Of a stretch of 64,000 bases of DNA, positions 1 to 13,291 are shown piece by piece (within the stretch, counting starts at the first letter, position 1; every line of letters starts with the position of its first letter). A program made the translations under genes and the position numbers. Below the pieces are notes generated by a model. That model was not told where the DNA came from, searched no databases, and worked only from the letters and a program-made list of their open reading frames with translations. Source of the stretch: a virus (taxonomy: Duplodnaviria; Heunggongvirae; Uroviricota; Caudoviricetes); the IMG/VR virus record IMGVR_UViG_2925897562_000001. One strand, 5' to 3'.

Positions 1-480
1 AACGATGAAAAGATCGTGCGGTCCAGTAAAACCAGCCAGAGACTCTTCGTTATTCAGACAATAGGTTATATAGACGCATCCCCATGTTTCACTGATATGC
101 ACCAACCCTTTGTCAGGGTGTATTCTGAAATAATTGCCAAGAAAAGGGTGTTTTTGGGTAACTCGCTCCCAATAACGGAACATATAGTCAATTATTGTTT
201 TTCGACAATCGTTAATCGCAGGAGAAACAACCACTGTACGGGAACACGAATACAGTATTGTTTGCAGGATGCTAATCACTGCCACAATAGAGGTTTCCCC
301 AATACCATGTGGTGTGGTGGCAGTGATTTTGGCTCCGGTGTTCTTTATCGCGTTAATAATTTTTGCTTGATGAGGTGTTAACTCAATATCAAGCAACTCT
401 TTTGCTGCCAGTTCCCAATTGTCTTTATACCGTTCTATCAGTGCTAACCAGGCAGATTCATTCTGTATACGATTAATCAC
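1..480 (-). CDS. hypothetical protein, partial (C-terminal part lies beyond window start)
   Basis: Own translation: uninterrupted minus-strand frame from GTG near 480 to position 1 (VINRIQNESAWLALIERYKDNWELAAKELLDIELTPHQAKIINAIKNTGAKITATTPHGIGETSIV...); absent from the ORF track only because no stop falls inside the window; start uncertain. Confidence 0.3.
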   Translation of the reverse strand, partial: MINRIQNESAWLALIERYKDNWELAAKELLDIELTPHQAKIINAIKNTGAKITATTPHGIGETSIVAVISILQTILYSCSRTVVVSPAINDCRKTIIDYMFRYWERVTQKHPFLGNYFRIHPDKGLVHISETWGCVYITYCLNNEESLAGFTGPHDLFIV

Positions 481-1261
481 TTTCCACCTCTTCCGTGGTG
501 TTTTCTTGCAGTTCTGTTAATGCAGCACGACATAGGTTCCGGGCATTGGCTATAGCCACACTTTTGACTTCATCCGTCATCGTGCAGGTAATGTACTGAT
601 CGAGTTCTTCAGCGCGGATGATGCTTTTGCCAATCAGAAACTGTATTTGCCATAGCAGATCGGCATCCATAATCAGAATTTCTGCCGGGCCTTCAGGGCC
701 AGCCGGGAAGGAAACATAAGACTGTTTGCCCAGGCCGACAACTCGACAACTTGCTTCAAGAATTGCGCGCTTGAGGTCTGACTTTATAACGGAAACAGGT
801 TGATTTTCACCAGTGATTACGCCGTTGACATGGAAAGGCATGTAGCTTGAAATACGCTCTACTTTCCACACGCCAGCAAGCGATCCTTCATGCAGCACAA
901 TGGGGGTAACCGCGAGTTTCATCTCACCATATAACTGCTGGCAGATAGCTGGATTGCTGAATACATCTAAAGGCTCACATTCAAACAGCTGCGCAATCTG
1001 CATGAGGTCCATCATGGTCATCCCTGGGGTACGAGCAGTAATGAATTTGCGCATACCAGTATCCATTGCGCTCCAGATTGCTACACCATGCTTTTTGCTC
1101 ACTTCTTCAGTAAAGCCAAGGTGGCACATGATGGTTTTTTCGATAGCCAGATCAGAGATAGAAACCTTTTCGCCAGGTACTCCATCATTATTGATGGTCA
1201 CTTCGACACTCTGGCCATTACGTAGGCGGTATTGAATGGTTTTAGTATTTTGTGCTGTCAT
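473..1261 (-). CDS. hypothetical phage protein (262 aa from ATG 1261; frame stays open to 1381)
   Basis: ORF track 473..1381; internal ATG at 1261 (MTAQNTKTIQYRL...) preceded by AGAGAAAAG; no catalytic motif recognised. Confidence 0.5.
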   Translation of the reverse strand: MTAQNTKTIQYRLRNGQSVEVTINNDGVPGEKVSISDLAIEKTIMCHLGFTEEVSKKHGVAIWSAMDTGMRKFITARTPGMTMMDLMQIAQLFECEPLDVFSNPAICQQLYGEMKLAVTPIVLHEGSLAGVWKVERISSYMPFHVNGVITGENQPVSVIKSDLKRAILEASCRVVGLGKQSYVSFPAGPEGPAEILIMDADLLWQIQFLIGKSIIRAEELDQYITCTMTDEVKSVAIANARNLCRAALTELQENTTEEVESD

Positions 1262-1463
1262 AGTCTTTTCTCTGCTTAAAAACTGATGTATTGCGTCTTC
1301 AGGTGGGTTAGGAATGTTTTCCCACCAGCGAAAGCAATATCTCGTGGTGTTCTGTTCGTTAAAAACGCGTGCCATTGCCAACTTTGGCGTTTTTTAGCGA
1401 GTTCGTGCTTTTGTTGGCGTTTGGACCACCGCTTTTCTTTCAGTCGTTTTTTACTCATAAACT

Positions 1464-1952
1464 CTAAAACGGAATATCGTCTTCAAAGTCCATTGGAGGT
1501 TCGTTATTGGCGCTGCTCTGAGGTTTGCCGCCACCGCTGTATTGCTGGTGGTTTTGAGGTTGGTTTGACTGCCCCCAGCCATTTGAGGACTGTGAATCGT
1601 CGCGGCGAGTGTCGATCATTTGCATGGTGCCGCCCTGGCTGACGATAATTTCCGTCGTGTAACGTTCTACACCGGCGTCATCAGTCCACTTACGGGTTTT
1701 AAGTTTCCCTTCGATGTAGACCTGAGAACCTTTTCGTAAATACTCACTCGCAATTTCAGCAAGTTTTCCGAACAAAACGACTTTATGCCATTCTGTTTGC
1801 TCTTTCTGTTGGCCCGTTTGCTTATCGCGCCATGATTCATTCGTTGCGATGCTGAGTCTTCCGACTGCGCCGCCATTTGGTATATACCTGATCTCCGGGT
1901 CTTGCCCCAGGGTACCAATCAGGATGACTTTATTTACACCGCGTTGTGCCAC
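1464..1952 (-). CDS. ssb: single-stranded DNA-binding protein
   Basis: 162 aa; OB-fold N-terminus [23 protein letters not shown], Gly/Gln-rich linker, acidic tail ending DDIPF as in bacterial SSB. Confidence 0.9.
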   Translation of the reverse strand: MAQRGVNKVILIGTLGQDPEIRYIPNGGAVGRLSIATNESWRDKQTGQQKEQTEWHKVVLFGKLAEIASEYLRKGSQVYIEGKLKTRKWTDDAGVERYTTEIIVSQGGTMQMIDTRRDDSQSSNGWGQSNQPQNHQQYSGGGKPQSSANNEPPMDFEDDIPF

Positions 1953-1971
1953 TTTTCTTACCTAATAAAAT

Positions 1972-1988
1972 AAATTAATTAGGGCAAT
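1972..1988 (-). promoter_or_regulatory. C1 operator-like site upstream of ssb
   Basis: minus strand ATTGCCCTAATTAATTT, 15/17 to ATTGCTCTAATAAATTT. Confidence 0.4.
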
Positions 1989-2013
1989 AATGTATATCTT
2001 TGAAACGTGGCTA

Positions 2014-2036
2014 ACAAGTGATTTGCATTATCCTGT
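2014..2036 (+). promoter_or_regulatory. candidate late-type promoter for lyz (AAGTGATTT box plus -10-like hexamer)
   Basis: motif shared with sites upstream of prt, the tail cluster and the major head gene in this window. Confidence 0.3.
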
Positions 2037-2121
2037 GCCTTCTAAAGGGATCGAGTCAGTCGGTATTGGCTGTGAATGAGTGTTTGTCCTGGAGCGTAAA
2101 AAATTCGCTTATGAGGTCTTT

Positions 2122-2679
2122 ATGAAGGGAAAAACAGCCGCAGGAGGCGGTGCAATTTGCGCTATCGCGGTGATGATTACCATCGTGATGGGTAATGGCA
2201 ATGTGCGAACCAACCAGGCGGGGCTTGAGCTGATTGGTAACGCTGAAGGTTGCCGACGTGATCCATACATGTGCCCGGCGGGGGTATGGACTGACGGGAT
2301 CGGTAATACACACGGGGTAACGCCGGGTGTGCGAAAAACCGACCAGCAAATCGCCGCTGATTGGGAAAAGAATATCCTGATCGCTGAACGCTGTATTAAT
2401 CAGCACTTCCGGGGCAAAGACATGCCCGATAATGCCTTCAGTGCAATGACAAGCGCGGCATTCAATATGGGATGCAATAGCTTACGGACCTACTACAGCA
2501 AAGCGCGAGGCATGCGAGTAGAAACGTCCATCCACAAGTGGGCGCAGAAAGGGGAATGGGTGAATATGTGTAACCATCTCCCTGATTTCGTGAACAGTAA
2601 CGGCGTGCCCCTGCGAGGTTTAAAGATTCGCCGTGAAAAAGAACGCCAGCTTTGCCTGACGGGGCTTGTCAATGAATAA
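2122..2679 (+). CDS. lyz: SAR endolysin (T4-lysozyme-like muramidase with N-terminal signal-arrest-release helix)
   Basis: ATG 2122, MKGKTAAGGGAICAIAVMITIVMGNG Gly/Ala-rich weakly hydrophobic N-terminus followed by a lysozyme core; ORF-track frame begins earlier at GTG 2080. Confidence 0.85.
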   Translation: MKGKTAAGGGAICAIAVMITIVMGNGNVRTNQAGLELIGNAEGCRRDPYMCPAGVWTDGIGNTHGVTPGVRKTDQQIAADWEKNILIAERCINQHFRGKDMPDNAFSAMTSAAFNMGCNSLRTYYSKARGMRVETSIHKWAQKGEWVNMCNHLPDFVNSNGVPLRGLKIRREKERQLCLTGLVNE

Positions 2680-2970
2680 ACTCCGGCAGCTCCGCCGACT
2701 TTCGACAATGAAGTTATCGCTGGCGGCGATAGTTTTTGACTCGATTTTCATGGCGGTATATGTGCTCAATGAGACGTGGCCACTGGAACCGCTATTGTAT
2801 GCCGGGCTTCGGCTGTGCCTGACATTTTTGAGCATGGCTGCGAGATTGATGCAGCAGAAAGAAACCGCTTCAGATTGTCCACGCCGCGCGGTGCGCAAAT
2901 ATATGGCACGCAGGCGAAGGCGATAATAGTTAACGAGAACCCCGGCAGCTGCCGGGGTTATTTTTGGTGG

Positions 2971-5701
<2,731 letters not shown>

Positions 5702-5729
5702 TTAATTAGAATAATTCGCATCGTGTTTG

Positions 5730-5756
5730 AACGGAAATTTAACACTAGTCACTTGT
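5730..5756 (-). promoter_or_regulatory. candidate late promoter for prt-pro (AAGTGACTAG box plus TTAAAT)
   Basis: box about 35 nt upstream of prt start; palindromic ACTAGT core. Confidence 0.35.
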
Positions 5757-5768
5757 TAAGGATTACCA

Positions 5769-8700
5769 ATGAACAAGCTATCTATGGGGGTGTTTCGCTG
5801 TTCAAGTGTCAGCGAAATATTGAAATACATTAGGGCAATAACATCTCACCGAGCGCCGATTAAATACGGCGTGGAAAAGGTGGAAGGCAAAAGCTATGAC
5901 CGACTGCGCCGTGAGGCGAATCAGAAGGCGATAGATTTGCTTAATTCGCTGGTGGACGGCGCGACACTGACAGATGAACAGCGCCAGATCCTGGCTGGGT
6001 ACACCGGTGAAGGCGGCATTGGCGGGTCCGTCTCCGAATATTACACACCAAAGCCGATCGCTGAAGGTGTCTGGGAGATCATGAAGCTCTACGGCGCGGA
6101 CGTAGGTAACACTCTGGAACCATCGGCGGGAACCGGCGTTTTTAATGAGACAAAACCGGTTGGTACGGTGATGACCGCGACTGAGATCAGCAGTGTTTCC
6201 GGTCGTATAAACCAGCTGTTGCACCCGGAAGACAGCGTACAGATTTCTCCGTTCGAACAACTGGCTGTAAGCACGCCTAACGATTCATTCGACCATGTTG
6301 TGGGTAACGTTCCGTTCGGTGGTCGTGATAACACACGCAACATCGATAAGCCTTACGCAGAAGAAACGGACATGGGTTCTTACTTCATGCTCCGCATGCT
6401 GGACAAGATAAAGCCAGGCGGATTCATGTGCGTGATTGTGCCGCCGTCCATTGTTTCAGGTTCAAACATGAAGCGGTTACGCCTGCGCCTATCACGGAAA
6501 GCTGAATTTCTTGGTGCCCACCGCTTGCCTACCGGTACTTTTGACGCAAACGGGACCAGTACAGTTGTTGATGTGGTGCTGATGCGCAAACATCCGGCAG
6601 AGATGGCTGAGAAAATCCCCCTGGTGGATGAAAGCACTCTCGAATCGGCAAATGTGCTTTGGCCAACGTTTATTTCTGGCAAGTGGTTTGAAAAGGACGG
6701 CCGCCGGTTTGTTCATGGCACCCAGGAAAAGGGCTTCCAGGGGCGTATTGAGGTTCGTGCCGACGGTCAGATTGATAACCAGGCTCTTAAAGCGAAGCTG
6801 ATTCATCGTTTCGAAAGCCGTATCGACTGGTCTTTGCTCGATATGGCTGAACCGTCACCGACCGCAGACGTTGTTGGTGAAGGGGAAATGCGCCTGATTA
6901 ATGGCGTATGGCAAAAATATGCTGGTGGTCGCTGGATTGAAGCTGATGCCGGGAAGGAACTTAAGATCGATGCTGCCAGTTATGGCGCGGATAGCTGGGA
7001 GGCTCTTCAGCGTAACCTGACTACAACAGAAGGCCGTCTCGGCATGACATTTACCCAGATGGCAAATGTCCGCGATAAGTACACCACATCAATCAGCGAC
7101 GATATGGTGCAGCTGGTGGACTGGATTAACAGCCAGCCTGAAAAATACCGTGAACGCTTGTATCGCGGGGCGATGATTGGCCGGATGTTAATTGAATATC
7201 AGGACATGAAGGCCGCCGGGCATAGTGCTGAACAAATCGAACAGCAGCGCCTTTCTCTGGTATCCCGTTTGCAGGCAGAGATTGACCGTTTTGGTAACCC
7301 CGGTCGCGGTCCGATAGCGAAATTGTCGGGGAGCGGTGCGCGCGCCTGGTTTGCTTTCCGTGGTGCAATTAAGCTGGATGGCACTATTTCTGACGAGCTG
7401 ACAGGGAAGCTGGTTACGCATGATTCCAGCGCAAGTTATGACTCCACCAGCTATCAGGACACCCTGCGTTATCTCTATAGCGATCTCACCCGCGATCCAA
7501 TCCAGCTCGATGATTTCCGCCTTGCGTTTACCGGCGAACTGCCAGCCAGTGATGAAGAGTTGCTTAATTTATTGGCCAGCACCCCTGGTATTGCGGTTTC
7601 ACCGTATGGCGGGATTGTTCCGTTCGCCCGCGCCACCAGCGGCGACATTAACGAGATAGTGGCTCCAAAACAGGAATTCCTCGCCACACTCCCCGACGGT
7701 CCAGTAAAGAACAACGTCCTTAATCAGCTGGCAGCTATCGAAGAGAAGCGCATCAAGACGCCAGCAGAGAATATCCGGTTTAAGCTCAATAGCCGTTGGT
7801 TCGACCGTTCCGTCATTCTGGAATTTTTGCAGGAAAACGGCTATCCGGATCTGCGCTATGTGCAGTCAGTGCAGCTGGAAGGCGACGAAATGGTTTCTGA
7901 CACCTATCACGGTGGTGATGGTCTGTTCGTCGGGCACCGATACGGTGTCGTCCAGCGCAAGGATAAAGAAACAGGTGAGATTCGCTACGAGTGGGACCGT
8001 AAATCAGGTGAAAACGCGACCGGGTTCCCGGCACAGCTGGAAAAGTATCTCAATGGTGCGCGTATCGGTGGCAAAGATAGCGCGACGGCGAACGGCTACC
8101 GCGAGCAGATGGCACTGCTTGAGGACCAGTTCAATAAGTGGATCAAGACGCACGATCGCTACGATGAGCTGGTTGCCAAATACAACGATGTGTTCAATAG
8201 CAATATCCCGTATGAACACTCTGGCGATCCGCTTGGGTTGAAGGGATTAAGCGGTAAGCGCCAGCCATTTGATTACCAGAATAGCGAGGTGCGCCGACTG
8301 TCCGAAGATGGGCGCGGCATCCTGGGCTTCGGCACCGGGCTGGGTAAAACCACGACCGCGCTGGCGCTTGAGGCGTTCAACTATGAGAACGGTCGCTCCA
8401 CCCGTACTGCGTATGTAGTGCCTAAATCAGTGCTGGAAAACTGGTATTACGAAGCAAAAGAATTCCTGAGTGAAGAGGCATTCAGTAACTACCTGTTCGT
8501 CGGTCTTGATGTGCTGATGGATGGCGATCAGATTCGCCAGGTGCCGGTGCTCGATGAGAACGGTAAACCTGTTCTTGGTACTGATGGCACTCCAGTTATG
8601 CGCGATGCCTTAAAACTGGCAGATGAAGCCACTATCACGGCGCGGATGAACGCGATCCCGCACTCAAATTACCGTGCAGTCGTGTTTACCAAAGAACAAT

Positions 8701-11700
8701 ACGCCCGCATTCCGCTACGTGATGACACCGTAGATGAGCATGCACAGGATATGCTTTATGACTTCGTTGCCGCCGGACGCGTAGCCAGCGCAATGGACTC
8801 CGACTCCCACCGCAAAGAGGCCGCGCGTCGCCGGGTATTGTCGGAGTATTCAGATACCGGCACCGAAAAAGCAGAGAAGTATCCGTACTTTGAGGATATG
8901 GGCTTCGATAGTGTGATCGCTGACGAAGGTCACAACTACCGCAATAGCTATAAAAATGGTCGCGAAGCGTCACAACTGGCCTATCTGCCCACCAGCGCGG
9001 TGGCGCAATCGGCGCGAGATATGGCAATTAAAAACGCGTACCTGATGAAAAAGAATGGTGGGCGCGGGCCGGTTCTCCTGACTGCAACGCCAGTCGTTAA
9101 CACCCCGATCGATGCATACAACATGCTTTCTCATGTTCTGCCGAAGGAATACTGGCAGAACATGGGGATCTACGGTCCTGATGACTTCGTTAAATTCTTC
9201 GGCAAGACCAGGCTGGAAACGGTACAGAAAATTAGCGGTGAAGTTGAAGAAAAAATGGCGCTGGTGGGCTTTGAAAACCTTGATGCGCTGCGCGGTATAT
9301 TCCATCGCTGGGTAACGCTTAAAACGGCGGAAGACGTTAAGGATACCGTGGAGATCCCGGAGCTGGACGAACACCAGCAGGATGCACCACTTACTGAAGA
9401 ACAACTGGCGGCGTATGAAGAATTGCGTCAGCAGGCGGAAGCGGCGGCCAAAGCCAACAATGGCGTAACGACCTCGGTCAATGAAGACGGCGTGATTGAG
9501 CACGAGAAAGCCCGTCCGATCTTCTCAATAATCAGGGATATGGACCGCGTATGTACTGACATGGACCTGTACTATCGCCGGATCACCTATCGTTTCCTGC
9601 CGGAGTACGCCGATGCGGTGCAGCAGCTGGCGGACAGTTTGCCTAAACAAGCCACCAGCGAAGACGACGACAGTGATGATTCAATCACGCAGCAATCGCA
9701 ATACTCCCTGATAGATAAGGGCGAGTTTATTCAGTTGCAGGTTCCGGAAGCGTTCGAGCAGGAAGTGAATAAGCGCCTGGCCAGGTTTGGCATTGACGAA
9801 CAGACCGTAACTCACCCCGTTACGCCCAAATACGCGAAGCTGATTGCCACGCTGAAGGAGTTTTTCCCGGAAGGTAAGCAAATCATCTTCACCGATGAAA
9901 AAACGCAGCACCAGAAGCTCAAGCGCATTATCTGCAATGCTCTTAACCTTGAACCTTCAAAGGTGGGGATACTGAATGCTCAGACGGTTGCCGAGGCAGG
10001 TAAAACCGGTAAGAAACTGAAAGCGGTTAAACCGCCGAAAGAGTTACCGGATGAACCAACAGATGCACAGATAGCGAAATACAACGAGCAAATGGCTCTG
10101 TATGACGCCTATATCGCGCAGCAAAATGAAATGTCGTTGGGCGGTCTGGAAAAGATTGCAGCCGACTTCCAGGAGGGCCGGACTCCGATCATCATCTGCA
10201 ACAAAAAGGCAGAGGTGGGTATCAACCTGCATCGAGGAACGACTGACATCCATCATCTGACGTTGCCATGGACTCCAGCCAGTATTGCGCAACGAAACGG
10301 TCGCGGTGCCCGAGTTGGCTCCAACCGTGCAAGCGTTCGCGTTCACTACTACTGCGGCAAGGGGTCTTTCGATGAATACCGACTGAAGACGCTGAAGCGT
10401 AAAGCAGGCTGGATCTCCGATATCCTCCGTTCAGATAAGTCAGAAATGGAGAACGCCGACGCCAACGATATGATCGAAATGCAGATGTATACCGCGAAGG
10501 ATGACGGCGAACGTCTGGCAATGATGCAGGTTCAAATGGATAAGGCGAAAGCTGCGAAACGCGCTCGCCAGAAAGAACAGGCTACTATCGACCTTCAGAA
10601 CTACATCAAGGCGCAGCACGCAGCTGGTGAGGATGTGGAGGTACTTACCGCTGAATTGGAGCGAAGCAAAGCGGAACTTGAAAAGACCACCGCCGACGTC
10701 GCCAAATTCAAACAGGCGGTAATGGCCAAAGCAGCTGATAACGCAGACTGGAAAGCCCGCTGGGGTAGCGTCCATCACACAGACCGTATGTTGTTAGCAC
10801 AGTATCGCGCGTCGTTGAAAAGCGCCATTCAGCGCAAGGCTAATATCTCTCAGGCCATCTCCCGCTATGAGAAATTATTGAACCGTACTCAGAAGGCCGC
10901 GACGGATATCAAACGCCTGCGCCCGCTGGTGGAGGATGCAATAAATAAAGGCATTCTGGATGTTGATCCTGATCTGGTTAACCATGCGAATGAGTTCCTT
11001 GTTATCGGCGATCGCTCATGGCGTGTAGGCCAATACTATGATTGTGCCGGTGATATCGTTCGCATTAAGTCGCTGGACTTCGACAGCCAGCGCGCAGACG
11101 TGGAGATCATCTTTACCTTCAAAGGCACCAAATCGGGTAACTGGGATGTGAAGACGCTGGATAAACAGGTTGATGTAACTCCCGATGAAGATGCTGTTAT
11201 GCAGAAAATCAGTGGTGGCGTCTCCATCGCCGGGATTAACGACATCGTTTCCTGTGACGATTTCTACCGTTTCCAGCAGCGCGGCATGATCAAAATCACT
11301 GACTCATACGGCGTTCAGACTACAGAGTCAGGCTATAGCATTGATTTTGTTGGTACCTATACGGACCCACTGAAGCATGCGGTTTACCCGGATCGCCGTG
11401 ACAGCGCGCTGAAGTCGTCAATTGCAAAATGGGTGCTTGGTATGATGTCGGAAGGGAATAACCGCCAGATCCGTTCGGCAGAAACATTCCTGGTTGAACT
11501 GTTTGGCTCCAATTATGGCGATGTAATCGCGTCATACGGAGATACGCTATCCCCTGAAGCAATTCAGGAGAAAATAGCGGATGCGATCGCCAGAATGCCG
11601 GAAAAAACAAGCCAGGGGGCTACTCGTAACGGGGATTCTGAACTTGAAGTCACCAATGCCATTTTCGGTACCAATGAGTTCCGGGCGTCAGATTATGAGA

Positions 11701-12536
11701 TCACCACAGCACAGTTTGGCACCATTGGCATTTACAGCAATAAAGACGAGATCAAGCAGACAATGGACGCAGCAAGCGCGCGCATTGCAGCAGAACGGAA
11801 AGCCAATCTGAATCATGCAGTCGCCGCGCTGACTCAATCGTGGGTAACAGCAATCAGGAAGGCCGCCACCACAGGGAAAATCACACCGGCAATTGCGGAT
11901 GTCGTAAACGACGGCTCTAAATTTATGGATGCCTATCAAATGGATGCGGTGCAGTTGCCATCAGCCTATGGGCAACTCAGCTATCGCATGACCTACAACC
12001 TGGTATCAATGTTTACCGACCTTGCCATCCTTGGGCTGGTGGACCTTAACGAGGTTACGCCGGAATTGCTCAGCATGCGCAAGAATCATGTGGAGATATT
12101 GCACAGAATTAACACGGTACTTGCCGGGCGCACCGATGAAGAGAAACAGGCAGACGCTGATCGGATAAACCTGGCCCTTGGCAACATCACGGAGGAAGAA
12201 ATTGCCGCCAGAAACGAGAAACAAGAAGAGTTATCATCAATACAGGGTGATGCCACCAGCATAGCTCAGTCTCTTGGTCTGAATTATCGCGTATCCACCG
12301 CCGACCTGAAGATGATGTACGCACCAAAATTCGCCGCTGGCGAGGTATTTGGGCTTCAGGAAGCCTCCGGCATGAAAGGGGTTCTTTTCCGTGCGAAAGA
12401 CGCAATCAAGGCGAAATTCGGCGCTCGCTGGTTGCCAGCGAAGGCGAAGAACAGCGACTTCCCAGGTAACTGGTGGATTATCGAGACAAAACACAACGTG
12501 GCGGACGTTCTGGCCGTCATCCAACAATACGCATAA
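5769..12536 (+). CDS. darB: DarB-like defence-against-restriction protein (N6-adenine methyltransferase domain fused to SF2 helicase)
   Basis: 2255 aa; AdoMet motif LEPSAGTGVF and NVPF(GG) motif IV near N-terminus; Walker A GFGTGLGKTT and DEGH box (VIADEGHNYRN) mid-protein. Confidence 0.85.
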   Translation: MNKLSMGVFRCSSVSEILKYIRAITSHRAPIKYGVEKVEGKSYDRLRREANQKAIDLLNSLVDGATLTDEQRQILAGYTGEGGIGGSVSEYYTPKPIAEGVWEIMKLYGADVGNTLEPSAGTGVFNETKPVGTVMTATEISSVSGRINQLLHPEDSVQISPFEQLAVSTPNDSFDHVVGNVPFGGRDNTRNIDKPYAEETDMGSYFMLRMLDKIKPGGFMCVIVPPSIVSGSNMKRLRLRLSRKAEFLGAHRLPTGTFDANGTSTVVDVVLMRKHPAEMAEKIPLVDESTLESANVLWPTFISGKWFEKDGRRFVHGTQEKGFQGRIEVRADGQIDNQALKAKLIHRFESRIDWSLLDMAEPSPTADVVGEGEMRLINGVWQKYAGGRWIEADAGKELKIDAASYGADSWEALQRNLTTTEGRLGMTFTQMANVRDKYTTSISDDMVQLVDWINSQPEKYRERLYRGAMIGRMLIEYQDMKAAGHSAEQIEQQRLSLVSRLQAEIDRFGNPGRGPIAKLSGSGARAWFAFRGAIKLDGTISDELTGKLVTHDSSASYDSTSYQDTLRYLYSDLTRDPIQLDDFRLAFTGELPASDEELLNLLASTPGIAVSPYGGIVPFARATSGDINEIVAPKQEFLATLPDGPVKNNVLNQLAAIEEKRIKTPAENIRFKLNSRWFDRSVILEFLQENGYPDLRYVQSVQLEGDEMVSDTYHGGDGLFVGHRYGVVQRKDKETGEIRYEWDRKSGENATGFPAQLEKYLNGARIGGKDSATANGYREQMALLEDQFNKWIKTHDRYDELVAKYNDVFNSNIPYEHSGDPLGLKGLSGKRQPFDYQNSEVRRLSEDGRGILGFGTGLGKTTTALALEAFNYENGRSTRTAYVVPKSVLENWYYEAKEFLSEEAFSNYLFVGLDVLMDGDQIRQVPVLDENGKPVLGTDGTPVMRDALKLADEATITARMNAIPHSNYRAVVFTKEQYARIPLRDDTVDEHAQDMLYDFVAAGRVASAMDSDSHRKEAARRRVLSEYSDTGTEKAEKYPYFEDMGFDSVIADEGHNYRNSYKNGREASQLAYLPTSAVAQSARDMAIKNAYLMKKNGGRGPVLLTATPVVNTPIDAYNMLSHVLPKEYWQNMGIYGPDDFVKFFGKTRLETVQKISGEVEEKMALVGFENLDALRGIFHRWVTLKTAEDVKDTVEIPELDEHQQDAPLTEEQLAAYEELRQQAEAAAKANNGVTTSVNEDGVIEHEKARPIFSIIRDMDRVCTDMDLYYRRITYRFLPEYADAVQQLADSLPKQATSEDDDSDDSITQQSQYSLIDKGEFIQLQVPEAFEQEVNKRLARFGIDEQTVTHPVTPKYAKLIATLKEFFPEGKQIIFTDEKTQHQKLKRIICNALNLEPSKVGILNAQTVAEAGKTGKKLKAVKPPKELPDEPTDAQIAKYNEQMALYDAYIAQQNEMSLGGLEKIAADFQEGRTPIIICNKKAEVGINLHRGTTDIHHLTLPWTPASIAQRNGRGARVGSNRASVRVHYYCGKGSFDEYRLKTLKRKAGWISDILRSDKSEMENADANDMIEMQMYTAKDDGERLAMMQVQMDKAKAAKRARQKEQATIDLQNYIKAQHAAGEDVEVLTAELERSKAELEKTTADVAKFKQAVMAKAADNADWKARWGSVHHTDRMLLAQYRASLKSAIQRKANISQAISRYEKLLNRTQKAATDIKRLRPLVEDAINKGILDVDPDLVNHANEFLVIGDRSWRVGQYYDCAGDIVRIKSLDFDSQRADVEIIFTFKGTKSGNWDVKTLDKQVDVTPDEDAVMQKISGGVSIAGINDIVSCDDFYRFQQRGMIKITDSYGVQTTESGYSIDFVGTYTDPLKHAVYPDRRDSALKSSIAKWVLGMMSEGNNRQIRSAETFLVELFGSNYGDVIASYGDTLSPEAIQEKIADAIARMPEKTSQGATRNGDSELEVTNAIFGTNEFRASDYEITTAQFGTIGIYSNKDEIKQTMDAASARIAAERKANLNHAVAALTQSWVTAIRKAATTGKITPAIADVVNDGSKFMDAYQMDAVQLPSAYGQLSYRMTYNLVSMFTDLAILGLVDLNEVTPELLSMRKNHVEILHRINTVLAGRTDEEKQADADRINLALGNITEEEIAARNEKQEELSSIQGDATSIAQSLGLNYRVSTADLKMMYAPKFAAGEVFGLQEASGMKGVLFRAKDAIKAKFGARWLPAKAKNSDFPGNWWIIETKHNVADVLAVIQQYA

Positions 12537-12569
12537 CAGGAGCGCCCGGTTCGCCGGGCGTCGCATAAT

Positions 12570-13010
12570 ATGGCCACACTATCTGATACAATAAAACCGA
12601 ATAAAACATATCTTGAGGCGGTACTCCGTACAGCGTTGTTAGGAAAGACAGAAGACGAATACGTTGATTTCTTCCTGTCAGGGCTACGCGGGCGATTACT
12701 GAAAAATCCCCGCCTGTACCGCAGCTATGGTCCATACTGGCCGGAAATTAAAAAATTATTACTGGAGCGCGGTTATGGTAATTTCGGTCGTCTCGTTGAC
12801 CGTGACGTTCGCAAAATTTACCGTTATGACCGCCCGGCGCTAACACTCATAGCCGCGACGCTCTACAGCCAGGAGCGTTTTGATAATGGTCAGATATACT
12901 CAGCCTGGCATTTACTGCCAGTGCCTGAAGAAGTTGACGACCAGGACTATGAGTTTGAGTCTTACGATTTGGAAGTTGAAGCCTTGGCACAGGCTGGAGA
13001 GAAAACTTGA
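12570..13010 (+). CDS. hypothetical protein immediately downstream of darB (ddrA-like)
   Basis: 146 aa, ATG 12570, same strand, 34 bp after darB stop. Confidence 0.5.
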   Translation: MATLSDTIKPNKTYLEAVLRTALLGKTEDEYVDFFLSGLRGRLLKNPRLYRSYGPYWPEIKKLLLERGYGNFGRLVDRDVRKIYRYDRPALTLIAATLYSQERFDNGQIYSAWHLLPVPEEVDDQDYEFESYDLEVEALAQAGEKT

Positions 13011-13255
13011 AAAAGCGATACTACACAGTAAAGCATGGGACGCTACGAGCATTACAAGAGTTTGCTGATAAGCATAACGTTGAGGTGCGCAGGGAAGGGG
13101 GAAGTAAAGCTCTGCGCATGTACCGCCCGGACGGGAAATGGCGGACGGTGGTCGATTTCAAAACTAACAGTGTTCCCCAGGGCGTCCGCGATCGGGCATT
13201 CGAAGAATGGGAGCAGATCATCATAGATAACGCATTGCTCCTGAATGCAGATTGA
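13007..13255 (+). CDS. hypothetical small protein (ddrB-like)
   Basis: 82 aa, TTG start overlapping the previous stop (translational coupling). Confidence 0.45.
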   Translation: MKKRYYTVKHGTLRALQEFADKHNVEVRREGGSKALRMYRPDGKWRTVVDFKTNSVPQGVRDRAFEEWEQIIIDNALLLNAD

Positions 13256-13257
13256 CA

Positions 13258-13284
13258 ATTTTGCCCGGAATTACCGGGCAAAAT
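13258..13284. terminator. bidirectional intrinsic terminator between convergent ddrB-like and RSH genes
   Basis: TTTTGCCCGG-AATTA-CCGGGCAAAA, perfect 10-bp stem with A/T runs on both sides. Confidence 0.6.
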
Positions 13285-13291
13285 TAAGCAA

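Noticed and set aside
16-381. Plus-strand ORF of 121 aa at the window start
   Set aside because: Cys/Arg-rich low-plausibility translation; the opposite strand carries a continuous, protein-like frame running off the window, so this is most likely a shadow ORF
1276-1458. 60-aa very basic minus-strand ORF between ssb and the 262-aa gene
   Set aside because: No SD; mostly overlaps the extended frame of the neighbouring gene; kept as unlikely
2080-2121. N-terminal extension of lyz from GTG 2080
   Set aside because: The extension MFVLERKKFAYEVF precedes the ATG at 2122 where the SAR helix begins; the shorter start is preferred
5802-12566. Numerous minus-strand and alternative-frame ORFs (60-180 aa) inside darB
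   Set aside because: All lie within the single uninterrupted 2255-aa DarB frame, which has coherent MTase and helicase motifs; they are antisense shadow ORFs
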